The notes under the pieces are model-generated. The model was not told where the DNA came from. It made no database searches and was given only the letters and a program-made list of their open reading frames with translations. The translations under genes were made by a program, and so were the position numbers. Positions 51,568 through 62,014 of a stretch of 64,000 nucleotides of DNA are shown here, in pieces; within the stretch, counting starts at the first letter, position 1, and every line of letters begins with the position of its first letter. Origin of the DNA: Scyliorhinus canicula (Eukaryota); assembly GCF_902713615.1 (NCBI RefSeq), contig NC_052166.1:45609870-45673869 (forward strand), read 5' to 3'.

Positions 51568-52890
51568 AGGAGGCATTGTCGGTCATTTAGGGGGCTATTT
51601 TGGGAGAGGAGGCACCGCTGGAAGGGATCAAAGCGAAGTGGGAGGAAGAGTTGGGAGAGGATATGGAGGAGGGGTTCTGGTGTGAGGTGCTCCGGAGAGT
51701 GAATGTCTCCACCTCGCGCGAGGTTGGGGCTAATACAGTTGAAGGTGGTATATAGGGAGCACCTCACAAGAGCGAGGATGAGCCAGCTCTTTGAGGGGAT
51801 GTGTTTGAACGTTGCGGGGGGAGCGGGCCTGCGAACCACGTTCATACGTTTTTGTCCTGTCCAAAGCTGGAGGATTACTGGAAGGAGATTTTTAGGGTAA
51901 TCTCTAAAGTGGCGCATGTGAAACTGGAGCAGGGCCCTCGGCAGGCCATATTCGGGGTGTCGGACCAGCCGGGGTTGGAAGCGGGTGCGGATGCAGATGT
52001 TGTAGCCTTCGCCTTGTTGATCGCCCGAAGGCGGATCCTGCTGGGATGGAGATTTACCAGAATGTTGCCTGGTATGGAGGGAAGATTTTGAGGGAACGCT
52101 GAGGGAACTGAGGCTGTTTTCGTTAGAGAGAAGGTTAAGAGGTGACTTAATTGAGGCATACAAGATGATCAGAGGATTAGATAGGGTGGACAGTGAGAGC
52201 CTTTTTCCTCGGATGGTGATGTCTCGCACGAGGGGACATAGCTTTAAATTGAGGGTAGATATAGAACAGATGTCAGACGTGGGTTCTTTACTCAGAGAGT
52301 AGTAAGGGTGTGGAATGACCTGCCTGCAACAGTAGTGGACTCGCCAACACTAAGGGCATTCAAATGGTCATTGGATAGACATATGGATGATAAGGGAATA
52401 GTGTAGATGGGCTTTAGAGTGGTTTCACAGGTCGGCGCAACATCGAGGGCCGAAGGGCCTGTACTACTCTGTAATGTTCTATGTTCTATGTATGTTCAAT
52501 CTCTCCACCCTGTGCCCTGGCGTGGCGTGGCGGGGTGACCTGTTGGAATTCTTGACACTTCAGAAGGTCAAATTTGAACTGAGGGGAAGGATGGAGGGGT
52601 TCTATAATTCATGGGCCTTATTCATTATGCACTTTTGAGAATTGGATTACATCAAACATTAGGGGGGGTTTGGAGGAGAGACTGTATGTGTTAATGGTGA
52701 CCATGGTTGATTCCTGATTCCTTTTTGTTATTTGTTTATGTTAACATATGGGCTGCTGTTTGGCTGTCTGGTGGGAGGATTGGATTGTTGTTGATATGGG
52801 GATCGATATTATATTCGTTACTGCTTATTGTTTATTGTGGGTGGGTGTAAATTTGGAAGAAAAAGGAGAAAAAAATTATTTTTTTTAAAA
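51568..52890 (+). mobile_element. L1-clade 3' fragment with 17-bp TSD, interrupted by a young CR1 3' end (~52050-52492)
   Basis: C-terminal cysteine-rich region (RCGGSGPANHVHTFLSCPKLEDYW). TSD AAGAAGGCATCAGATGA (51551-51567) / AGGAAGTCATCAGATGA (52891-52907). Confidence 0.82.
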
Positions 52891-52926
52891 AGGAAGTCAT
52901 CAGATGATTATTTGAATGGAGAAAAT

Positions 52927-53052
52927 GGGTGGGATTCTCCGGCACGTTCGCCCAGGTGACCGGAGAATCCCACTCGAAGTCAATAGATTATTCCAACATT
53001 GGCGTCTCACCCATGGTGTTCTTCCAGTGGGCAGGGCGGAAGAATCCAGCCC
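52927..53052. mobile_element. 126-bp Harbinger-like MITE, TSD AAT
   Basis: GGGTGGGATTCT...AGAATCCAGCCC termini, AAT on both sides. A related short copy lies at ~48988-49105. Confidence 0.85.
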
Positions 53053-54791
53053 AATGTGCAAGAGTGCGGGTAAAAGGCAGAAGAATGGCATTAAGTCATG
53101 ATGCCCGTCTGGAGACAAGATGGGCTGAATGGCCTCCTTCTGCAGCTAACAATTCTGTGATTCTGTAAACTTGAGTGGTGGGATGTTCAAAATCCTGGAA
53201 GCCCTGCTCGCTCTATCCTGGCACATTAAAAAGGAGTCAATTTGAAAACAACTGAACAGTCTTGTGCTCCTGAGAGAGAGAGGGAAAATTTGATTTCAAC
53301 TTCCCAACATTCCAATCCTGAGAAAGGCTCTTAATATTCAGTACCCAGCTGTGAAGAGACATCTAATTGTGTAGGATGTTTAGCACAGCTCGCTCTCTTA
53401 GATAGTTGCTCCCTTTCACAGGTGCAAACATGATATCAGAACAATCAATCAGAGTGATGCATTTGAACCCTACCATAATTGACAATTATATTTAATTGTG
53501 ACCTTTATTTGCCTTAGTTCGGTTTTTAAAAAAGGAACATAATTGGGTTCCTTTTGAGGAACAAAAGTTCCTCAGAAAACATTTGTTCCAGCAGGCAGCT
53601 GATGAGCCATAGCTAGTGAAATACTTGGTAAATATCAGGGTTTACTGTCATTTTTTCATTTAATTTCTTTCTTCAGAAGTTTGTCCCAAATTGTCTTATT
53701 TCAAGATCTTAGAAGTTTTGAAACTGATTAAACTGTTGGTGAGAAACCAAACATTTTAACGTACTGCTGCCAAGGAATCTGTGGTCTGGGCTAGACGCCC
53801 TGAGAGGGAGTATGCAACTCTGTGAACAAATGTTATTCTGACCTGTTAATGTAGGCCCTGCAGTTTCATCTTAGAAGATGCCAAACACTGCTTTGAGGTG
53901 ACACAAAATGGCCCATGTAACTAACCTATGAGTGCACTGAACAGCCAGCTCTGTAGCTCATGATGATGATGCTGACCAGTGTAAACTATGCCAACTTGTA
54001 CTTTTACTGCTTGAGTCGGCAGACGGCAGCATGAATCACGATCTGGTGACAGAGCAGCTGCTCGTTCAGTGTTGCTTGAACTGGGACAAAATTGTACTTT
54101 GAAAATCAGTCTGTAACACATTACAGGACTTGTTCCTAAATTTAAAAAGAAAAGACTTGTTTCCTTAGAGAAGTAAGAAAGGGTACTTTATGAACTAAAT
54201 AGGGTTCTGCATCCATGAACTGCTAAATAACAGAGCTTTTCCTGTTTTGGATAATGTTGTGCAATGTTAATGAGGCCCCATATTTATGCTTATCTGCCAA
54301 TTTATTCTTCTGTATAATTGTTTTCTAATTAATTACTTAGGTAACTGATTTTAGCCTGAGCTTCATGATCCATCAGTATATAGTTTCTATAGATTGCAAA
54401 GGATCTGGAAAAGATGGTGAACTGTGTTTAATATTTTCTACCCCAAAGGTGCAAGCCTTCATTGTTCGTCTTGTGGTATGTAATCTCATATATTTTGGTC
54501 ATAAGGTTAACGTTCAGTTCAAATTAAGTGCAAGTTTATCAGGGAAGTTAACTTTTTTTTGCCTTGAGGCACAAACGTGACAATGCAATGGATTTACATT
54601 CCATGCTTCACCCTGGAGCTGTGAAGCAAATGTGATAACCACTGTGCTACCGTGCAGCCCATTCTCTGTAACCATTGATGTAACCAGTGCTGTAACCATT
54701 CTCTAATTTTTGAGTCTCTGTGGGGGAAGCAGTCCATGCTTTCAGGAACTAGTCTCCAACCTCTTCCCTCATTCTCTTGGTGACAGTCTTA

Positions 54792-55100
54792 GGGCAGCAC
54801 GGTAGCACAGTGGTTAGCATTATTGCTTCACAGCTCCAGGGTCCCAGGTTTGATTCCGGCTTTGGTCACTGTCTGTGTGGAGTCTGCACGTTCTCCCTGT
54901 GTGTTCGTTGGTTTCCTCCGGGTGCTCTGGTTTCCTCCCAAAAGTCTTGCTGTCAGGTAATTTGGACATTCTGAATTCTCCCTCCTTGTACCTGAGCAGG
55001 TGCCGGAATTTGGCGACTAGGGGCTTTTCACAGTAACTTCATTTCAGTGCTAATGTGCGCCTGTTTGTGAGAATAAAGATTATTATTATTGTTATTATTA
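54792..55100 (+). mobile_element. V-SINE, tail type B
   Basis: GGGCAGCACGGTAGCACAGTGG head. Tail GGGCTTTTCACAGTAACTTC...AATAAAGATTATTATTATT. Confidence 0.88.
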
Positions 55101-57005
55101 AATTTGTCACTCACTCCCCAACAAAAGGAAACATACTTTCCCTATTCATCCAATAAATAGCAGGCGGTAAGTACGGGAGTGATTTCTGGTCAGCTAAGTG
55201 ATGGAAGGACATTTGGAGCCTCCACCATCACTCTCCATAGTGCCAGACTGCAACATGCATGTCAAAGTGCACATTGCAGAAGCAACTCAGACGCACTGTG
55301 TGACCTGTGTCTCTGATTCACCACACATCCACCCTATCAAATCCTTTCATAATTTTAAAGGCCTTTATTAAATCTCCTCTTGACCATCCCTTTGCCAGTG
55401 GATTCGGTCCTAGTATCTCAAATCTCACCTCATGCTGATTATTTTTCATCTCTGACGATCAATAACCCACCCCCCACTGACACTAAATTTGCAATAAGAC
55501 ACCCTAATTCCGTTTTTAAGTAACCCAAGCTTTTGCTTGTCACCTACCTGTGTTCCGACTATTTCAGCATTTTGGGTTTTTTGGCCTTTCAAAATTGACT
55601 TTTCTCTTCCCCCCCCCTCTCTTTAAAATACAGATACAATTTTTTTGGAAGAGCAGTAATCGTAACAGGAAATGGAAAGAAAATACAGGACCGATCACTT
55701 AATCATGCAGAATTTCTTAAACAGGCCCTTGTGTTTTTATGGACAAGATCCCTTTTCAGCTGCCCCCTTGCTCCTGTCATTCTCACATCTTGAATTTGAT
55801 GGCTTTCGGTTTTGAGCCTCCCCCCTCCCCCTCCCACTTCGTTGGCAATAAAAGGGAACCAATTCTAACTATAGCTCAGCCAAGTCTTTCTGAAAACCCT
55901 GGACGATTTATTCTTGTTGCAGGTTGAACTTTTGCCTCAAAAAATGTGCACCTACCAATGAGAGTGGAGCCCTGGCTGACAGTCCACACCAGTGCTGCCT
56001 GCAGGAGAAACAACTTCCCCACACTTTCCAATCACCCTCACAAAACACTGAGGTGAGTTGTGCCCGTTTTACATACGAATAGCAGATGCAAGGGGGAGGG
56101 AGAAACAGCTAAATTTGGTGAGGTAAATGGACCAGCAGCGACGTTTTCAGGCCGGGGGGGGGGGGGGGGGGGGCAAGGCCTCGTCTCCTCCTCGGACGGT
56201 AGTGAAAACAAGATACCTCATTACCATAAGAAAAGTTGAAGAGCTTTTTCTTCACAATATTGTGGTTGGTGGGTGGGGGAGCCTTTGGCACAAGGCGAAT
56301 AAGAGACACAACTTTCATCAGGTTTACATTGAAGGAAAGGAGCCAGCGTCCGTTAGAGAGGAGGATTATATATTTGGAGTAAGGGTTTGAGCTTTTTTTT
56401 TTCGAGACCGGTTAAGCTTTCCACTCGAATCCGATCATTTAGAAGTAATTGCAGATTTAAAAATAAAATAGAAATAAATCCTGCCCTTTGCTGCGATGCG
56501 CCGTGCAATGAGAGGCGGTCATTTGCAGGTCCATACCTGAATGGAAAGGTTCGCTCCACCCTGACAACGATGGAGCCATCTTCCCATGCAAACTCGCTCA
56601 GGCAAAACAAGCCACAGCCTAATGTACCCCCCCCCCCCCCCCCCAAACAAATTGGTTTCACAGCTTCACCTCCCTTCGGCATTAACGCTTCTATTAATGT
56701 AGTAGGATCGTTTTTTCTTTGTTTTAAAAACCTCAATTGTATGTGAGCATGTTGGTATTGTATGTATGCATCGGTAACTTCACTGCATGGATACGTTTGT
56801 GAATCCCTAATGAGGTAAGTTTACTTGATGTATCTGCGTCGGCCACTGGCGAAAACATCATCCGAGTTCATTAGGCTTCTTGCTGCCCGACGGCACCATT
56901 TAGTTGTTGCCGGAATAGAGGGGCACACTTTTATCTTCTGCCTTCAGTTTCTTTTTATGTGACTTCTAAAATCTTTGATTGTTACAGGGGGTTGAAGAAA
57001 GAACA

Positions 57006-57050
57006 ATGCGTGGGGCCGTGACAAGAGTTTGGTTCTGCTCCGCGCTTCTG
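57006..57050 (+). CDS. ADGRD2: Coding exon 1 of an adhesion-GPCR-like (ADGRD2-like) gene: MRGAVTRVWFCSALL
   Basis: Acceptor TTGTTACAG ends at 56987. ATG has A at -3. Donor CTG|GTAAGT at 57051 (phase 0). Signal-peptide-like sequence. Symbol is from recalled similarity of exon 3. Confidence 0.55.
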
Positions 57051-57266
57051 GTAAGTTTGTTCCTGTTGCACACTGGTTCCGATTTTCAAGAAGACTGACG
57101 GCAATCATTGGATCTTATCGCAAGTGGGATACAGTTCGCTAAAGTATTATTTTTATTTAAAAAAAGAATCGTGAATCTCTCGTAATAAAATGGAATGGCG
57201 TTTTCGGTCAGCTTAAAATACGGTCCTGATGTGTATTTATTTCTATCATCCACTTTATTTCTGCAG

Positions 57267-57297
57267 GTCTGTCATTTGGACGAAACCCATTCACGGG
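57267..57297 (+). CDS. ADGRD2: Coding exon 2 (31 nt): VCHLDETHSR, phase 0 to 1
   Basis: Acceptor TTTATTTCTGCAG, donor GTAAGA. Keeps the frame between exons 1 and 3. Confidence 0.55.
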
Positions 57298-58747
57298 GTA
57301 AGAATGGATATTTTGTAACGCAGGCAACTTGTATCTTTCCCAAGGTGTGACGCAGTAGCGGTGACCGAAGATGTATATGTAGCAAATGCGAGTTTGAGTC
57401 AAAAGGTTATCACGCTGTCTGGGTGGTCTTTAAAAAATACTGTTAAAATAATTAGACGATTAATGTTTTCCCTTACGTTTTGATGCGGGTGTTAGTATTT
57501 CCATTCCAAATGTATATTCTGCTGAGGAGCATGGTGAAACGAGAGACTCGATTCTACTCAAGCCACAGTGGTTATAACGGTGGATAACTTCGAGGGGGTT
57601 CCATGATAACTAGGTGTCCAGTTTGAATGCTTTACTTCGTTGGATTTAACTCGGCCCTATTTAACCTCTCCATTCAGATTCCTTCAGGATGTCATCAGCA
57701 CTCTGCTTAAACACATATGGACAGAAATTGTGGGTTATTAAACTGTTTTTCGTTAAAAGGGTACTACTGTGGAGATTTTCTGACAACAGATAACATAACA
57801 TAACACTTAGATACTGCATAACGTAACTGGACAAAAAAAACTTTTGTGTTGTACTTTTTTCTCCATTATAACTTACATATATGTCAGATCCAAAGAGAAA
57901 TGGGAAATGACGTGGAAGTAACCATTCACATATGCATTTGTGCTCCTTCAAATGGCCTAACCTACTACTGTGTTTTACTCAAAGAGCATCTGTGGGAGTG
58001 ATATTGATAAAAAAAATTATGTTTTTGCTTCTCATTATGCCATTCTCTTCTCCTGATGTGGTTGTTTGCCATCTTCATCATTTGTTTAACAAGATGAAAT
58101 TATAAATCAATGGACCTCATAGATCTGAGTGTAATTTCATGTTAAAATATGATTGAATCATGGAGATGTGAGTGTTTAATGTGAGTGATCAAATTAAAAT
58201 ATTACTAAATTTGTTGTTTGCTGCATAAATACCTTTCTTATAGCGTGTCATAAATTTCCTTCATGCTTAGTAATTGGGATATAATTTGGCGAGCAAGGTG
58301 TGGCTGTATTTTTCTGCTTAAATATTTAATGTATTAAATTAAAATGATTAAACCATCATTACCCACCATAATAAATTGAGGGTTGACCTTTTGGTAGTAA
58401 AATAATTTAGTTTTTATTATGAAGGATTTTTGTTAATTCTGAATTTTTAAATGGGGGATAATTGAGTCCCCGAGATTTGGACTTGCATTCATCGTGACAC
58501 AACCTTGACAGGCACGAAGAGAAGAACAGTACAAATAGAAAACAGAACATTATGTGACTTTTTTTCAATTCACCAAGAAACAAATGTGGAATACAAATTT
58601 GATTTGATTCTGATAGATAATCAGGGAGGCAGCTAACTTGTGTGGATGGTTACCATTGTAAATAACTCATGTGGGCCATTATATAAAGATAATATATTTA
58701 AGTATAAGTGTTTGGCTGTTAACTGTATTTACTTTCCACTTTAACAG

Positions 58748-58996
58748 CTTTCAGTAATTCACCAATCTTTCAGTCATCATACTACATTTATGAATATATG
58801 AATATGTCATTAAAATGGGAGCATGCATCCAAATATTGTGAGCTACGCTTTGGCAGTCTGCCTGATGTTAGTAATGTTGAAGACAAGACTGTTATGTTGG
58901 ATCTGTTAGCTACCCAAGGGGTTAATCAGCACGTATGGATAAATGGAAAACAGAATTGGGCATCAGAAAAGGAAGATACAACTGTGGGAATGAATG
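58748..58996 (+). CDS. ADGRD2: Coding exon 3 (249 nt, phase 1-1): partial C-type-lectin-like module
   Basis: Acceptor TTTAACAG, donor G|GTAAGT. Open frame AFSNSPIFQSSYYIYEYMNMSLKWEHASKYCELRFGSL...QHVWINGKQ...GMN. The L.W..A...CE..FG.L...VW pattern resembles the ADGRD2/GPR144 N-terminus as I recall it. Confidence 0.7.
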
Positions 58997-59229
58997 GTAA
59001 GTAATAATATATTATCCATTTGACAAATGTGATGTGATGAATGTAGGAAATTGTTAACAAAAATTCTGATGTAATGTTATTAAAAACCCGGGATTCAAAT
59101 ACACGATCAGTATGTCTACTAAAGCTGAAATAAGGTGTTGTAAAAGTGAGGTAATCATTGTTTATAACCATATACTTGTTTACATATAGATGGCAAATGG
59201 AGTATCATTGATAGAAACGGGGTTCCCTG

Positions 59230-59742
59230 GGGTGTAGATCATTAATGAGGGATGGTGTTTAGTCCTAGCTAATCAGGTCATGGGACATCTTAGTGAGATA
59301 GAGATGATGTAATTAATGGGACCAGCCAGGTCTGTATGTAGTTTTTGGCAGTTTTGCCAGAGTAGGATTTGAGTCTGACAAGACAGAAGGATTTTCAGGT
59401 TGTTCCTGAGCCTGCACATTGCTAACGTTAGTTATGAGTGGATTTTGAGCTGTATTGATTTACTTAGTTGGGATATATATACTAGCAGGTCTAGATAGTG
59501 AGTATTTTTTTTCCTTCAATTTAAAAACTGTTTAATTGTTAATTGTAAAGCTCTTTCTTTAATAATGTGATTGATTCTATGTTTAAATTAAAGTCTGTTT
59601 TAAGATAAAGGATACCTATTGGTCAGAGCCATCACTCCTGGGGTGATGTACCCTTTCCTCACAGCTTTACAAATTGCAAATTGTTGCAGTTTCTAACTCG
59701 GTGCCCTGACAGAAAATTGGAGTCCGGTTCGACATCCTAACA
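59230..59742 (+). mobile_element. Possible LTR remnant in an intron
   Basis: ATTAAA followed by a U5-like region ending ...CCTAACA. 5' boundary unclear. Confidence 0.35.
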
Positions 59743-60039
59743 GTGATAACTGATTCTCATCAAAAAAGTAAATGTAACACACCAATGAACATCCCACACC
59801 CATTGCTCATGTGCAGCAGCAAAGGTGGCAGAGGAACAGTCTCCCATGATTGGAGGAGCAGTATCTTTCAGAAATTTCCACTCCACTTACCTGAATTTTG
59901 AAAACTGCCCCATTGGAGGCTTTCTGGGCCATGTGCGGCCCGTGACAAGCCTGAACTAAATCTTCAATAAATCATTGGCTCGGATTCAGCTAGAGTATTG
60001 CACCCAACTCTTGACACCACAATTTGATGAAGCTCCCAC

Positions 60040-60555
60040 GGCCTGAAGATGATGTTGAAGAGATCAATCAGAATGAAACAAGGGGTGAGGGGCTTCTGTT
60101 ACGCGGTGTGTTAAGAGAAATTAGGATTGTTCTTTGAGGTCAGTATTGAAAATTATGTGGGGCTTTGTTGGAGTCCATAAAAGAGAAACTGTTTCCACTG
60201 GCAGGAGGGCAGAAACCAAAGGCCACAGCTTTAAGATGCTTGTCAGAAGAACCAGTGGGAAGGTGAGGTGACATTTAGTTACACAGCAAGGAGCTATGAC
60301 CTGGAATGTACTGCGTGAAAGGGCAATTAGGGATGGGCAATAATTGCTGGCCAGTGATGCTGGAGATGAAAAATGAGTGGCGGAAGCGTAATCAGTAGTA
60401 ACTTTCAAAAGGGAATTGGACATAAACTATGAACAGGAATGTTTGCCGAGTTATGGAGAAGAGCAGTGGATGGGATTAACTCAAAGTAGCTCTATCAAAA
60501 AGCCAGCACAGGCACAATGAGCCAAATGACTCTTTCTGTGTTGTAAGATTCTAGT
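60040..60555 (+). mobile_element. Old CR1 3' fragment
   Basis: REKLGLFF...ETVSTGRRAETKGHSFK-like translation and a CR1-type tail. Confidence 0.65.
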
Positions 60556-61394
60556 ATTCCACTGGAGCACTGCTCATACCACATTCCTATGTCATTGAGC
60601 TCTTCTCAATGGCTGGAGTTCGGCTACAATTGAATTATCCTGTTGTAATGGGCTATGCTATGAGACCTGGCTGCTTTGACTGTTGTGCTATTCTGTCACT
60701 TCCAGGTTTTACAGTAATGTTTTCTAACCTGAGGCAATTTGCACCTGCTGTAGTTACCCTCTGAGCTTCCGACTGTGCTTCAATGCACAGGTGTTTTCCC
60801 AACTTTTTTCTGTAGCAGTAGGCTCCGGAAAGAAATTAAGTTTTCCCTGGGCCAGAGTCCATTTCTCCATTGCTTCTGACTGGACATCGTACAGGCCTGC
60901 AGCTCCCTGCCATTTTTAAAATAAAATTGTAAAATTTACTGTGTTGCCATAGTTTTGTATTTAACCTGCTGCTGGAATTCCAATTTATGAGGATCTTTTA
61001 CTCTTCGCTGAGCTAGCTTTGATGTTTGTTTGTTTTGCTGCTGCATTTCCATCCTGTTCTGGATTCAATACAAATGAAAGAATTTGGTGCATGCTTCCCC
61101 ATTGTTGCCATCTCCATTCACCCCGGCAGTCATACACTGGATCAGAGCGACCAATCACAAATATTCTTTTTAAATGCAGTATATAAAAACTATGAATACA
61201 AATATCCAATAGTCAATTATAAATCACTTATTTTCCACCCTTCGATAAAATTGGCACAAAAAGCTGTTTGGTTTCCTACACCTATCTCCCTCATGGTAAC
61301 AGTTGTTTCAATCCACATGTTCTGCTTTTGTTATTTGGCGATGTGTTCATAATAGAAAATCACAATTTTAACATTTATGTAAATTCATACAAAG

Positions 61395-61699
61395 TAATAA
61401 TCTTTATTATTGTTACAAGTAGGCTTACATTAACACTACAATGAAGTTACTGTGAAAATCCTCTCGTCGCCACACTACGGCACCTGTTCGGTTACACTGA
61501 GGGAGAATTCAGAATGTCCAATTCACCTAACAGCACGTTTTTCAGGACTTGTGGGAGGAAACTGGAGCATCCAGAGGAAACCCGCGCAGACACAGGGAGA
61601 ACGTGCGGACTCCGCACAGACAGCGACCCAAGCTGGGAATCGAACCTGGAATCCTGGTGCTGCGAAGCAACAGTGCTAACACTGTGCTACCGTGTCACC
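61395..61699 (-). mobile_element. V-SINE, tail type B
   Basis: Same structure as 2651-2952. Confidence 0.85.
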
Positions 61700-62014
61700 C
61701 TCAAATAAACTCTTTGAAAATTCAACACCTAGTTTGTTTCACAACTACCTTTATAGCAAAGGTGAATTCTGGACAATTATGCAATTTACGTCTACTCAAT
61801 ATGCGAATGTGACTCTTATCTGTTTTAACCGTAACCAGACAAAATATCCACAATCAAGAGCTTGAGACAGCTGAGGCCTTCAAAGAAACATTTTAATAAA
61901 GAAGCTAAAACCATCAAAGGGCAATTCAATGGATAAATTTAACGAACCTTTTGAATAATTTTACTTAATGTTTTGAAAATAAAGTATTGTAATTAACTTA
62001 TTTTAGTCTTCTGA

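Larger units (their letters stand above)
51270..53165 (+). mobile_element. CR1 3' fragment hosting nested L1, CR1 and MITE insertions
   Basis: GLFSLQRKR.RGDSIEVFKIM translation at ~51300. Resumes at ~52908 and ends GAATGGCCTCCTTCTG...TTCTGTGATTCTGT. Confidence 0.8.

Noticed and set aside
54792-54870. tRNA-like sequences with A/B boxes (many copies)
   Set aside because: These are SINE heads continuing into the V core and tail, not tRNA genes.
1-56000. PSMB7 exons, expected upstream if mammalian ADGRD2 synteny holds
   Set aside because: No proteasome beta subunit peptide recognised in the ORF track or by eye. Synteny is neither supported nor refuted here.
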